A stretch of 64,000 nucleotides of DNA, from contig CAKQGH010000006.1 in NCBI GenBank assembly GCA_934232895.1, forward strand, positions 138 through 64,137. Direction: 5' to 3'. Both the position numbers and the translations under genes were made by a program. The notes beneath the pieces are model-generated. The model did no database searches. It had not been told where the DNA came from and saw only the letters and a program-made list of their open reading frames with translations. This document shows, one piece after another, positions 6,918 to 16,452 of the stretch (position 1 is the stretch's first letter; each line of letters begins with the position of its first letter). The DNA comes from an uncultured Alphaproteobacteria bacterium. GTDB lineage: Bacteria > Pseudomonadota > Alphaproteobacteria > Rs-D84.

Positions 6918-8957
6918 ATGCCAGCCGAGAGAGAGAATAAAACCGTTTTAACCCAGCGTCATTATGACATAGATGGCAATGACCTGCGCGCGTACTATAA
7001 TGACGCCGGGCATTTGGTGTTTGTGGTTGATGTGACGACGGGTGATGTTAAACCCAATGTTTTGTTGGTTATGAATCCGGTCGGCAATCGCAAATGGGAC
7101 GATGTGCTGGAAAACGATTGGAATGTTGATTTGGAAACTGTGCGCCCGCGCCGGGATAACAAGTATCAAAAATTGGACATTGAATACGGCGGGCTGAATA
7201 TATATGACAATTTAATTCGTGCGTATGATTCTGGCGATGATATTTCGGGGGCGCTGGGCGAATTGGTGGCGTTTCGTAATGCGTCGGTTCGCCGTGCCGC
7301 CACAGAACGGTTGGACGCCGCAAATCGTACAATTGAACGCGCGAATGAAACAATTGAAAAAACAAATGATTCTGTGGCGGAATTGCAATCGCGTGTGCGC
7401 ACATTAAACGCCAAATTGACCCAGCATCGTAAATCTGTGGGACGCAAACCGACCAAGGAATCTGCATCGAAAATATTAAAGACCGAGGCCCAGTTGGACG
7501 CGACAAACGACAAAATTCGTCGCGCCAAGCGCCGCATAGTAAATGCCAAACGGCGTATGGCGGCGGCCGCCGATGACGCAACCGCGGCCCAGGAATTGTT
7601 GGCGCGCATTCCCGAAATTGTTGATGTGCCCGCCGCACCGCGTAAAAATGATTTGTCTGTGGTGGCGGCAAAATCCAATATCAATGAACCAAAGGCAACG
7701 CAAATGGCCGACGAAGAAGTAAAACCGTTATTTGATAAAGACCCAGAAATTTTGGACGAAGAAATTGCGTTCAAACCAATTGATTTTGATGCGCCGTCAC
7801 CGTTTGTGCCGGGACCAATTGATAATGTGCCCGCGGATGACGCTGTGGCGGTTGTTGAACCGTTGACATTTGTACCGCCGGTGTCGCCGCATGCAACGGA
7901 TGCGACATCTGACGATGTTGCCCGGCAACCACAGACGGTTGTGAATGTGTTTGCACCGGTACCCGATGTGCCGGCGGCGGATTTGGCACCCACACCACAG
8001 TCTGATGCGCCAACACCAATTTTGAACACAATTACACCGGCGGTTGCCTCGGTGGTGGACGATGCACCGGTTGCCGCGACGCCGGCCCCAGATGTGGCGC
8101 CCGCCCCCGCACCAACGCCGGAATCGCGTCCGGCGCCAATTGCGCCAAATATTCCGTCGGCGACAGATGTGCGCCCCGTGTCGCCAATTACGGGTAATGT
8201 GGCACCGGTATCGCCGGGCACCACGCAAAAACCATCGTTTATTTATTATGTTGCATTGGGTGTGCTGATTATATTGTCGATATTTACATTGTGGTTGTAT
8301 CAACAGCGTTCGACCACAACCACCGTTCCGAATTTAACCGCGGTTGTGCCCAGCGAAAATGTGGCGGAAACGCCAGCGGCGCCGACCACAACCGATGCGG
8401 CGACAACACCGTTTGTTGATGAAAATACCGCACCAGTGGCACCGGTTGACACGCCCCAGCCCGCGGTTGTTGAACCCGAACCAGAACCAGTCGCGGTTGA
8501 ACCGGAACCCATTGTTGTCGCGCCAGTGACAGAGCCCGAACCAGAACCGGTTGCGGTTGAACCAGAACCCGAACCAGTGGTGGCCACGCCCGCACCCGTT
8601 GTTGATGAACCCGCCCCGGCACCCGTACCAGCCGTGACGGTAAATCCGATTCCAGCGGCCGCGCCAGCCACGGCGTCAACGGTGACCGAAACACCAAAAG
8701 TTATTGAATCCGAAGAAGAAATATTGGCCAAGAAACCATCTTATTCGGTATCGGCCCAGGAAGAAATGTTTGTGGCATCGCCGTCATACGATACGGAAAC
8801 CGTTGTTGAAACCGAAAATGCCGTGGCCTGTGACGACGGCAGTGCCCCCGATGTGCACGGATGTTGCACGGGCGAAGTTTTCTCGGATATGGGCAACGGT
8901 ACAACGGCGTGTTGTATTGACGGTACCGATACATGTTTCCCACCGTTGGAAATGTAA
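6918..8957 (+). CDS. Bitopic membrane protein, hypothetical (679 aa): coiled-coil N-domain, Pro-rich linkers, one TM, EPEPEPVAV repeats, Cys-cluster C-terminus
   Basis: TM segment FIYYVALGVLIILSIFTLWLY. Repeated VEPEPEPVAVEPEP units. C-terminal CDDGSAPDVHGCCTGEV...ACCIDGTDTC. No recognisable family. Confidence 0.8.
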   Translation: MPAERENKTVLTQRHYDIDGNDLRAYYNDAGHLVFVVDVTTGDVKPNVLLVMNPVGNRKWDDVLENDWNVDLETVRPRRDNKYQKLDIEYGGLNIYDNLIRAYDSGDDISGALGELVAFRNASVRRAATERLDAANRTIERANETIEKTNDSVAELQSRVRTLNAKLTQHRKSVGRKPTKESASKILKTEAQLDATNDKIRRAKRRIVNAKRRMAAAADDATAAQELLARIPEIVDVPAAPRKNDLSVVAAKSNINEPKATQMADEEVKPLFDKDPEILDEEIAFKPIDFDAPSPFVPGPIDNVPADDAVAVVEPLTFVPPVSPHATDATSDDVARQPQTVVNVFAPVPDVPAADLAPTPQSDAPTPILNTITPAVASVVDDAPVAATPAPDVAPAPAPTPESRPAPIAPNIPSATDVRPVSPITGNVAPVSPGTTQKPSFIYYVALGVLIILSIFTLWLYQQRSTTTTVPNLTAVVPSENVAETPAAPTTTDAATTPFVDENTAPVAPVDTPQPAVVEPEPEPVAVEPEPIVVAPVTEPEPEPVAVEPEPEPVVATPAPVVDEPAPAPVPAVTVNPIPAAAPATASTVTETPKVIESEEEILAKKPSYSVSAQEEMFVASPSYDTETVVETENAVACDDGSAPDVHGCCTGEVFSDMGNGTTACCIDGTDTCFPPLEM

Positions 8958-8960
8958 TAA

Positions 8961-8988
8961 AAAAGCACCCGAATGGGTGTTTTTTTTA
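8961..8988 (+). terminator. Rho-independent terminator
   Basis: AAAAGCACCC-GAAT-GGGTGTTTTTTTT. Confidence 0.6.
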
Positions 8989-9060
8989 GTGATATTTTAG
9001 CCCCGCAACGGTAAAAAACATGCGCACCGGACGGCACGCCATCTGTTATCTGTGCCCTGT

Positions 9061-9951
9061 TTATACAATACTGCGACGGGCAACACTGAAAAACGCAAAC
9101 CCCAACAGCAATATCATTATTGCCAAGAATATTACCAGGGCCGCACTGTCGTATTCGGCAAACGGCAATTTCATATTCATGCCGTAATACCCAACGACAA
9201 CCGTTGGCACCACCAGAATAATGTTCCACATGGTCAAACGATTAATATACATGTTGGAATCCATATTAATAACGCTTTCAAATGTCTCCTTGATGGATTT
9301 TAACATCTTGCTGTATGATGTCACGACCTCGGTCGCCTGGGACAATTCAATGCGCGCATCCTCGGCCAGGTCGCGTGCGTCGTCGGTCTTTACAAAACCA
9401 CGAACCTTTTCCAATTTATCCAACACCGCAACATTGCCCTTGATGCCCGCCATATACAGGGTATAACTGTTTTCAACCTCAAGTAATGCCATCAAATCGC
9501 GACGGCGAATGCGCTCTTGCAATGCCTGTTTAGACTCCAAAACGCGCTTGTTCAATTCCTTCAAGAATTTCAAGTACGATTCCGCGATGTAATAAATGAT
9601 GTTCAAAATGAATTCTTCACGTGATGTTTTCTCATCTTTCTTGATTTTATCCAGCAAATCGCACCGTTTACGACAAACGGTTATAACACGCGACGACGAA
9701 TAAATAATCGACAGTGGCTCGGTATGCCAGATGGTGTCCGTTTCGCGGTTTATAATTGGAAAACGCACGATTATAACCTTGTAATCGTCTTCGACCTCTA
9801 TACGCGGTTGTTCATCCGGGTCCAGAATGTCCGAAATGGTATCCTCGTCAATTTTGTATTCGGTTTGTAATTTCTCGAAATCTTCGTGGTCGGGGTTGCC
9901 GACATTCACCCAAGAGAATGTTTTTAATTTTTCAGTCACAAACATGGCCAT
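9061..9951 (-). CDS. corA: CorA-family magnesium/cobalt transporter
   Basis: C-terminal two TM helices with the GYYGMNM (YGMN) signature. Length 296 aa. Confidence 0.85.
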   Translation of the reverse strand: MAMFVTEKLKTFSWVNVGNPDHEDFEKLQTEYKIDEDTISDILDPDEQPRIEVEDDYKVIIVRFPIINRETDTIWHTEPLSIIYSSSRVITVCRKRCDLLDKIKKDEKTSREEFILNIIYYIAESYLKFLKELNKRVLESKQALQERIRRRDLMALLEVENSYTLYMAGIKGNVAVLDKLEKVRGFVKTDDARDLAEDARIELSQATEVVTSYSKMLKSIKETFESVINMDSNMYINRLTMWNIILVVPTVVVGYYGMNMKLPFAEYDSAALVIFLAIMILLLGFAFFSVARRSIV

Positions 9952-10177
9952 TCTCCTTATGCTGATACAGATTTATAAACGGTGGTATTTTATAACACAA
10001 TTTGCAGAAAATCAATCAAATCTGGGAATTCATACCAATATTTTTTATGCGCGCCGCGTGGTACAATTACACCATGGCAACACAAACAAACTCTTTCACC
10101 ATCGCACGATACATATTGCTGGGGCTGGGGATTTTAATTGTCTTGGCAATTTTATTTTGGATATTCTGACGCCACCC

Positions 10178-10330
10178 ATACGGACGGTTAAATTTTTGGT
10201 CGCCGTAGACAGGAATGGCTGCGCCCACCTGGGCACATTCGCTGACGCGAACCGGCATACTGCCGTCTGCCTTGTGGCCTGCGGTTCAAACCTGCTGCCC
10301 CGCAGGTTCGATTCTGGTCACCACAAAAAT
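10178..10330. pseudogene. Degenerate tRNA-derived fragments
   Basis: 10178-10240 (CCATACGGACGGTTAAATTTTTGGTCGCCGTAGACAGGAATGGCTGCG) is a decayed copy of the terminator plus 3' half of the adjacent tRNA-Pro. 10290-10327 holds two T-arm-like strings (GCGGTTCAAACCTGC, GCAGGTTCGATTCTGG). No complete cloverleaf can be drawn. Confidence 0.4.
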
Positions 10331-10359
10331 TTAACCGTCCGTATGGACGGTTTAATTTT
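10331..10359 (-). terminator. Rho-independent terminator of tRNA-Pro
   Basis: On the minus strand: AAACCGTCC-ATA-CGGACGGTT followed by AAATTTTT. Confidence 0.55.
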
Positions 10360-10436
10360 TGGTCGGGGTGACAGGAATCGAACCTGCGACCCCTTGCACC
10401 CCATGCAAGTACTCTACCAGGCTGAGCTACACCCCG
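10360..10436 (-). tRNA. tRNA-Pro (anticodon GGG), 77 nt with encoded CCA
   Basis: Reverse complement is CGGGGTG-TA-GCTC-AGCCTGGTA-GAGT-A-CTTGC-ATGGGGT-GCAAG-GGGTC-GCAGG-TTCGATT-CCTGT-CACCCCG-A-CCA. This is a full cloverleaf with U33, anticodon GGG and G37. Confidence 0.9.
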
Positions 10437-10567
10437 AACGCACACAAATATAATCTATTCGTTTCAAAAAAACAATACTTTTATTTGACGCATTTTGTGC
10501 TTGCACGAATCGGAAAAAAGTTACTAGTATGCGCATATCGAATTTAACCTGATGGGGGTGCCGTTCT

Positions 10568-10945
10568 ATGATTATGGGAATTGGAATTGATTTGGTAGAA
10601 AGCGGGCGTTTCTTGGATTGGTCCGCGTTCAAAAAACAACGCATATTCACAAAGAAAGAATTGGAATATGCCGATACCGATAATGCAAACGCCGAAAAGC
10701 ATTTGGCAAATTTCTGGGCCGCACGCGAGGCTTGTCTGAAGGCGTTGGGCACCGGGTTTGGCGACGACATCGCGTTTTCCGATGTTTCGGTTGTACACAA
10801 TGATGCCGGTCGTCCCGAATTACTGATTGCCGGTGGGGCGCGTGCCGCATTAAAGGAATTGGCCGGACCGGATGCGGTTGTACACCTGTCCATCACCGAC
10901 CAGGACGATTACTCCGCGGCCATAGTGGTTATTGAAAAGAATTAA
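10568..10945 (+). CDS. acpS: Holo-[acyl-carrier-protein] synthase
   Basis: GIGIDLVESGRF...FTKKELEYA...ANFWAAREACLKALGTG matches the AcpS 4'-phosphopantetheinyl transferase pattern. Length 125 aa. Confidence 0.85.
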   Translation: MIMGIGIDLVESGRFLDWSAFKKQRIFTKKELEYADTDNANAEKHLANFWAAREACLKALGTGFGDDIAFSDVSVVHNDAGRPELLIAGGARAALKELAGPDAVVHLSITDQDDYSAAIVVIEKN

Positions 10946-10970
10946 AAAACGCCCACTTGGGCGTTTTTTT
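10944..10970 (+). terminator. Rho-independent terminator
   Basis: AAAAAACGCCC-ACTT-GGGCGTTTTTTT. Confidence 0.6.
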
Positions 10971-10974
10971 ATTG

Positions 10975-11465
10975 GGAGAGGCACACGCAAGTGGACGGGG
11001 CGGGTTTTATTTAGAGAGCAAATCGCAGAGAGCAGAGAGCAATGAAGTGCGCCATTCGGCGCACTTTTTTCATTCCCGTTGCAATCCAAAATCCCCTTCG
11101 CTAAGCGAAGGGGTGGCACGAAGTGCCGGGGTAGTGGTAAATATAGCCCCGCGGGGCAATGGTCCCCGACCTTCGTCGGGGTGACGGTTTGTTCCCTGTG
11201 CTCTGCAATACCGTCACGTGCAAGTTCCCCTCCGGTGGAGGGGTGGCCGCAGGCCGGGGTGGTCTTGAAAGCGCGTAATGTTGTACGAAGTTTCAAATAA
11301 AAAGACAACCTCCCCGCTACGCGGGACTCCTCCACAGGAGGAGAACTTGCATCGTTCAAGTGAATAATAAGTTTCCCGCTGGCGCTTCGTGCCACCACGA
11401 CTCGGGCCCCGCGGAATTGATAAATTCCGTGGGGGGTTCCTGGAGGGGAATTAAGGTGGGGTGGT
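10975..11465. repeat. Gene-free mosaic of palindromic repeat modules
   Basis: Contains a GAGAGCA-array arm (11013-11046) and a copy of the GGGTGGCACGAAGTGCCGGGGTAGTGG module (11093-11185). It also contains a 155-bp module (11222-11377, also at 26771-26925 and 48012-48128) and the hairpin GGGCCCCGCGGAATTGATAAATTCCGTGGGG (11403-11445). Track ORFs here are artefacts. Confidence 0.75.
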
Positions 11466-11467
11466 TT

Positions 11468-12031
11468 TTATTCCAATGCGGCCAAGATGTTTACAAAATT
11501 ATCGGTGGCGGCGTCGGCGCTGACATCCACGTCAGAAAAATGAATTCCGGGTGCGGTGCGCAGCCATTCGATTGCCGGCATAGTTATATCCAAAAATGTT
11601 TTAATGCGGCGTTCCACAACCGCGTTGTCGGCATCGTCGGCGCGGGTGCTGCCTGTGTTGTGGCGTTTTGCCAGGCGGCGGCGAATGATATCAATTGACA
11701 CATTCAAAAATATTACGCGAATGTTGAACGCGTCGGCATACGATTTGACCAGCCATTTTGCCTGGGACAATGTGCGGGGAAATCCATCCAATAATACATC
11801 GGAATCTGTGCCGATATGGTGGCGCATCAAATCAAACAATGGTGCGTCGGGTACCAATTCGCCGCGTGCAATCAACCGCCCTATTTCGGAATCCGCCGGC
11901 ATGGCGCGCAATATTGCGCCGGTTTCGACATAGTTAAATTTGCAATGTTCCTGCAACAGGTGGGCAAATGTGCCTTTGCCTACGCCGGGCCCGCCCATTA
12001 AAACAATCATTTCGTTTTTCATAGTGACCAT
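11468..12031 (-). CDS. Adenylate-kinase-family nucleoside monophosphate kinase (short form, no obvious LID insert)
   Basis: P-loop GGPGVGKGT and LLDGFPRTLSQA motifs. 187 aa. It occupies the position upstream of rpsA where cmk usually lies. Confidence 0.75.
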   Translation of the reverse strand: MVTMKNEMIVLMGGPGVGKGTFAHLLQEHCKFNYVETGAILRAMPADSEIGRLIARGELVPDAPLFDLMRHHIGTDSDVLLDGFPRTLSQAKWLVKSYADAFNIRVIFLNVSIDIIRRRLAKRHNTGSTRADDADNAVVERRIKTFLDITMPAIEWLRTAPGIHFSDVDVSADAATDNFVNILAALE

Positions 12032-12098
12032 ATTGTATCACAAAAATAAATCCCCGACAAGGATGTCGGGGATTATAGGAATAATTTACAATCGTAAA

Positions 12099-13787
12099 TT
12101 ATTTTTTGCTGTTTTCAATCGCAGCGCCCAAGATGTCGCCCAAAACCGAGCCGCTGTCGGCCTGGTTGGCGTATTCTTTGACGGCCTGTTTTTCCAGGGT
12201 CACCTGCAATGCGCGGATGGACAGTTTAACAGTGTTGTCTTCGACAGAAACAACAGATGCTTCGACTGTGTCACCGATTTTGAATTTGCTGGTGTCCTGT
12301 TCCGCTTTTTCGCGTGACAGGTCTGTGCGACGAATAACACCGCGGATTTCATTCGGCAATGCCAAAATCAATTCGTCTGGTGTAATTTCGGAAACAGTAC
12401 CGGAAACAACCGCGCCTTTCTTGATGGCAGCGTTTTTGCTGTCTGCACCTTCGGTCAATTGCTTGATACCCAGTGTGACGCGTTCTTTTTCCGGATTGAT
12501 GTCCAAAATTTTCGCTGTCACTTCTTGGCCACGAACGAACTTTTTCAGTTCTTCTTCGTCCAATTTGTTCCAAGACAGGTCGGAAATGTGAACCATACCG
12601 TCCAATTCTGGGGTCAATTGAACAAACAGACCGAATTCGGTTGTGTTTTTAATTGGGCCAGTCACGACATCGCCAACATTGTGGGTTTCGGCAAATTGTT
12701 TCCATGGATTTGGTTGCAATTGTTTGTATCCCAACGAAATGCGGCGTTTATCCTGGTCAATACCCAAAACAACAACATTTACATCCTGGCCCGCTTGCAA
12801 AACTTTGCTGGGGTGAATGTTTTTGTTTGTCCAGGACAGTTCAGACATGTGAACCAAGCCCTCGATATTGTTGCCCAGGTCAATGAATGCACCGTAATCG
12901 GTAATGGATGAAACCTTGCCTGATACTGTGTCGCCAACATTGAACGCGCGGGATGCTGTTTCCCATGGGTCAGCTTCCAATTGTTTCGCACCCAACGAGA
13001 TACGATGGGATTCTGGATCGAATTGGATAACTTTGACCTTGATCTTTTCACCAACATGAACCAATTCGCGTGGGTGATTTACGCGCTTCCAGGACAGGTC
13101 TGTCACATGCAACAAACCGTCGATGCCACCCAAATCAACGAACACACCGTAATCGGTAATGTTTTTAACGGTACCTTCGATAACGGCACCCAGTGTGATG
13201 TTTTTCATCGCTTCGCGTTGTGCGGCCGCGATGGAGTCAGACTGAATCGCGCGACGAGACACGATTGCGTTCGTGCGCAATGCATCCATTTTCAAAACGC
13301 GGAATTTGTCTTTCAGACCAATCAACGATTTTGCATCGCGAACCGGTTTGTGGTCAACCTGGGACGATGGCATAAATGCAAATACGCCGCCCAAATCAAC
13401 GGTGTAACCACCGCGAACAACATCGATAATTGTACCCTCGGGGTCAATGCCTTCGGCAACTGTCTTTTCCAAATCTTTCCATGCTTTTTCAGCACGAGCC
13501 TTGGTATACGACAGAACCGCCGTGCCTTCGCGTGATTCATAACGTTCAACAAAAACGTCAATGATGTCGCCAACGGCCGGAACAGATGCGCCAAATTCTT
13601 TTAATGGAATGCGGCCTTCGGATTTCAGGCCAACATCAACCATCGCGAAATCGCCGCGAATGTCTTTGACGGTACCCTTGGTTGCATAACCCTGCAAAGT
13701 TTCCTGTGTGCCATAGTCCTTGTCGAACATCTGGACGAAATCTTCACCGGATAATGGATTGAATAAATCTTTGGATAAATCTTTCAT
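12099..13787 (-). CDS. rpsA: 30S ribosomal protein S1
   Basis: 562 aa with six S1 OB-fold repeats (GxVxG.V..i.d.GaFvdlg...GllH.se pattern repeated). Confidence 0.95.
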   Translation of the reverse strand: MKDLSKDLFNPLSGEDFVQMFDKDYGTQETLQGYATKGTVKDIRGDFAMVDVGLKSEGRIPLKEFGASVPAVGDIIDVFVERYESREGTAVLSYTKARAEKAWKDLEKTVAEGIDPEGTIIDVVRGGYTVDLGGVFAFMPSSQVDHKPVRDAKSLIGLKDKFRVLKMDALRTNAIVSRRAIQSDSIAAAQREAMKNITLGAVIEGTVKNITDYGVFVDLGGIDGLLHVTDLSWKRVNHPRELVHVGEKIKVKVIQFDPESHRISLGAKQLEADPWETASRAFNVGDTVSGKVSSITDYGAFIDLGNNIEGLVHMSELSWTNKNIHPSKVLQAGQDVNVVVLGIDQDKRRISLGYKQLQPNPWKQFAETHNVGDVVTGPIKNTTEFGLFVQLTPELDGMVHISDLSWNKLDEEELKKFVRGQEVTAKILDINPEKERVTLGIKQLTEGADSKNAAIKKGAVVSGTVSEITPDELILALPNEIRGVIRRTDLSREKAEQDTSKFKIGDTVEASVVSVEDNTVKLSIRALQVTLEKQAVKEYANQADSGSVLGDILGAAIENSKK

Positions 13788-13943
13788 AAGAAAATTTCAT
13801 ACAAAGTTTGCCACCCTTCGCAGATGCTTCGGGTGGCACAGCCATCCAAAAAATCTCTGGGGGACTTGTGGGGTTAATCGGATTGGTAATGCGCCCACCC
13901 GCAAAACCGAACGGATTATACGGGATTTTTTTTGAAATTGCAA

Positions 13944-13966
13944 GAAAAAACGCCCCGTCCGGGGCG
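13944..13966 (-). terminator. Rho-independent terminator
   Basis: On the minus strand: CGCCCCG-GA-CGGGGCG followed by TTTTTT. Confidence 0.55.
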
Positions 13967-13969
13967 ATG

Positions 13970-14377
13970 TTATCGTTGATTTATTGTCCAGCCACTGTTT
14001 ACGAACCATAAACTGTCGCATGGGGCAATTGTGCCGGGCTCTAATACTATATTGCCGCGGCCACGAATGCGCGATGGTGCCATATTTATGCGTTCGGACA
14101 TGTATTCGCACAGCAAATCCGAAATGCCCGGTGAATATACCGCGAAATCGGTGTCGCCGGCGGCGGTTAAATAGATATTGTTCACCGTTGAATCGTTCAG
14201 ATATTTTTGAATATTTTCAAATGAAATTTCAACACTGCTGCGGCGGTCCCAATGCAGGTCTATATCGCGTTTGGTGGCGTTATCTTGGGCGTTTATGTTG
14301 CACACAGACGCGCCGGCAATGCCCAGTATTGGTAATGCGCGTTTCAATTTATACGATAAGATTTGTGTCGTTTTCAT
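13970..14377 (-). CDS. Secreted hypothetical protein (135 aa)
   Basis: Start chosen at MKTTQILSYKLKRALPILGIAGASVCNINA (signal peptide). No recognisable family. Confidence 0.55.
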   Translation of the reverse strand: MKTTQILSYKLKRALPILGIAGASVCNINAQDNATKRDIDLHWDRRSSVEISFENIQKYLNDSTVNNIYLTAAGDTDFAVYSPGISDLLCEYMSERINMAPSRIRGRGNIVLEPGTIAPCDSLWFVNSGWTINQR

Positions 14378-14493
14378 ATTTTTTGCCTTGTTATAATGCA
14401 TAAATATATGCACACAAATGTGTTTTGTCAAGTGTTAAAGGCGGTTTTCTTGCTCGTGGTGCAAAGCCATTGCGCTATCATTGCTCTATGCTC

Positions 14494-14527
14494 TTTAAAA
14501 AAATGCCCCGAACGGGGCATTTTTTAT
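14494..14527. terminator. Bidirectional terminator downstream of tig
   Basis: AAAAAAATGCCCC-GAAC-GGGGCATTTTTTAT. Confidence 0.6.
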
Positions 14528-15837
14528 TTCACTGGTGCTGCCTGGAATAATTCTTCGGGCTTTACCGCTTTTTCTTTCTGTTTGACATGCGTCAACATTG
14601 CGTCCAATGCCTTGCGTTCGAAAATCATACCGCGCAGCATCGCCAAGGCATTTTGATTCTTGTTATAGAATTCGAATACCTGTTTCGGATCTGGATAACG
14701 GGACGCTTCGGCCCAGACCGCCTGTTGCAGGTCGTCACGGGTGACTTCGACCTTGTTCTGGGTGCCCCATTCGGCCAAAATCAGCCCCAGTTTAACGCGG
14801 CGTTCGGCGTCTTTACGTTCTTTCTTTTCATCCCATTTGTGATCATCGGCCTTGCAATCATCGCCACAGTGTTCGTGGTTGTGATCATGTTCCGATTTCG
14901 CCATATTTAATTCCTGGTCGACCAATGTTTCTGGCAAATCTAATTTGACTTTGTCGGCCAAAATGTCCAGCAATTCGTTGCGCATATCGCGTTGCGCGGC
15001 CTCGGCATACTGGTCGTTATAGATTTTGCGGATGTGTTCGCGTAATGCGTCAACCGATTCCTGGCCAACGGTTTTCGCCAATTCGTTGTTCAGTTCTGGC
15101 AAAATGTGTTTGCGAACCTCGTGAACTTTGACCGCGAAACGCGCGTCTTTGCCGGCCAAGTTGGCGGCATGATAATCTTTGGGGAATTTGACATTTACAT
15201 CAAATTCATCGCCCGATTTGTGGCCGATGATTTGATCTTCGAATCCCGGGATAAACGCACCAGAACCCAAAATCAAGTGATGTTTTTCCGCGGCGCCACC
15301 TTCGAATGCTTCGTCGCCGATGAATCCCTTGAAATCAATTACGGCTGTGTCGCCATTGGCGGCCTTGTAATTTTCGTCTTGTTTTTCTGCGGTGCTGCGG
15401 CTGCGACGCAGGTTTTCAATTGCCTTTTCAACCTCGGCCTCGTCCAATGTGGTTGTTTTCTTGGTGACGGTGAATTTTTCCAAATCAATTGCCGGCAATG
15501 TTGGCAGAATATCAAATTCCAATGAATATTCGACATCTTTGCCAAATTCCCACCCGGCCAAGTCAACCTTTGGTGTGCCCGCCAAACGGATTTTTTTGTC
15601 GGCGATAAAATCGTTCAAGTCTTTGTTCATCAATTTATCGACCGCTTCGGATGTTGCCGATGCGTTGAATTTCTGGCGCAATACCGACAATGGAATGTGC
15701 CCCGGACGGAATCCCGGCATTTTTGCGGTTTTGCCGTATTCGGTCAAAATTTCATCGGCCGCCGCCTGGACATCGGCTGCGGAAATCGTTCCATTTACGG
15801 AATAATGTAAATCTTTGATTTTTTCTTTTGTAAACAT
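14524..15837 (-). CDS. tig: Trigger factor
   Basis: 437 aa. N-terminal ribosome-binding region with GFRPGHIP, central FKBP-type PPIase (IDFKGFIGDEAFEGG) and a C-terminal arm domain. SD AGGGGA. Confidence 0.9.
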   Translation of the reverse strand: MFTKEKIKDLHYSVNGTISAADVQAAADEILTEYGKTAKMPGFRPGHIPLSVLRQKFNASATSEAVDKLMNKDLNDFIADKKIRLAGTPKVDLAGWEFGKDVEYSLEFDILPTLPAIDLEKFTVTKKTTTLDEAEVEKAIENLRRSRSTAEKQDENYKAANGDTAVIDFKGFIGDEAFEGGAAEKHHLILGSGAFIPGFEDQIIGHKSGDEFDVNVKFPKDYHAANLAGKDARFAVKVHEVRKHILPELNNELAKTVGQESVDALREHIRKIYNDQYAEAAQRDMRNELLDILADKVKLDLPETLVDQELNMAKSEHDHNHEHCGDDCKADDHKWDEKKERKDAERRVKLGLILAEWGTQNKVEVTRDDLQQAVWAEASRYPDPKQVFEFYNKNQNALAMLRGMIFERKALDAMLTHVKQKEKAVKPEELFQAAPVK

Positions 15838-15900
15838 ATTGTTCCCCTAAAATGTAATTGCCGTGTGATTATTGCACGCTTTTTTTATAAACGCAATAAT

Positions 15901-15929
15901 AAAAAATCCCGCATTGTGCGGGATTTTTT
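15901..15929. terminator. Bidirectional terminator downstream of rpsI
   Basis: AAAAAATCCCGCA-TTG-TGCGGGATTTTTT. Confidence 0.6.
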
Positions 15930-15945
15930 ATCTGTATTCGGCAAA

Positions 15946-16452
15946 TTAACGTTTGCTGAACTGTGTCGAACGACGCGCCTTGTGGTGACCAAAGTGTTTA
16001 CGTTCAACAACACGGCTGTCGCGGGTCAAGAATCCGGCGGCTTTCAATGCCGAACGCAATTCTGGTTCAACCTTTTCCAATGCTTTGGAAATACCGTGTT
16101 TAACAGCGCCCGCCTGGCCCGACAGACCACCCCCAATAACCATGGCGTGAATGTCGTATGCGGTTTCGCGTTTTGTGACACCAAATGGTTGTGCAATAAT
16201 CATTTGCAACACCGGACGACGGAAATATTCGTTTGCCGGAATTTCGTTGACAAAGATGTTGCCCTTGCCCGGAACCAAGTATACGCGTGCAACGGAATCT
16301 TTACGTTTGCCGGTTGCGTATGTTGCGCCGGTCAATTTAACGCATGCGGTCTTTTCCGCAGCGGTTGCTTTCTTGGCGGCCGGTGCTTTTTTCGCCGGGG
16401 CGGCTTTCTTTACTGTTTTTGCCGCGGTTGCGGTCTTTTTAGTTTCTGTCAT
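15946..16452 (-). CDS. rpsI: 30S ribosomal protein S9, with a ~40-aa Lys/Ala-rich N-terminal extension
   Basis: [12 protein letters not shown]...[19 protein letters not shown]...[27 protein letters not shown]. Confidence 0.95.
   Translation of the reverse strand: MTETKKTATAAKTVKKAAPAKKAPAAKKATAAEKTACVKLTGATYATGKRKDSVARVYLVPGKGNIFVNEIPANEYFRRPVLQMIIAQPFGVTKRETAYDIHAMVIGGGLSGQAGAVKHGISKALEKVEPELRSALKAAGFLTRDSRVVERKHFGHHKARRSTQFSKR

Noticed and set aside
7166-8224. 352-aa minus-strand ORF inside the 6918-8957 gene
   Set aside because: It is the mirror image of a Pro/Ala/Val-rich coding region, giving Gly/Ala/Ser/Thr low complexity. The plus-strand ORF is longer and has a TM helix and structured termini.
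10074-10169. 31-aa hydrophobic mini-ORF MATQTNSFTIARYILLGLGILIVLAILFWIF upstream of corA on the opposite strand
   Set aside because: It has no Shine-Dalgarno and I cannot judge conservation. It could be a real small membrane protein, but sequence alone does not support calling it.
10188-10445. 85-aa minus-strand ORF
   Set aside because: It is the translation of tRNA-Pro and tRNA-derived fragments (RFDSCHPDQ-type peptide). It is not a gene.
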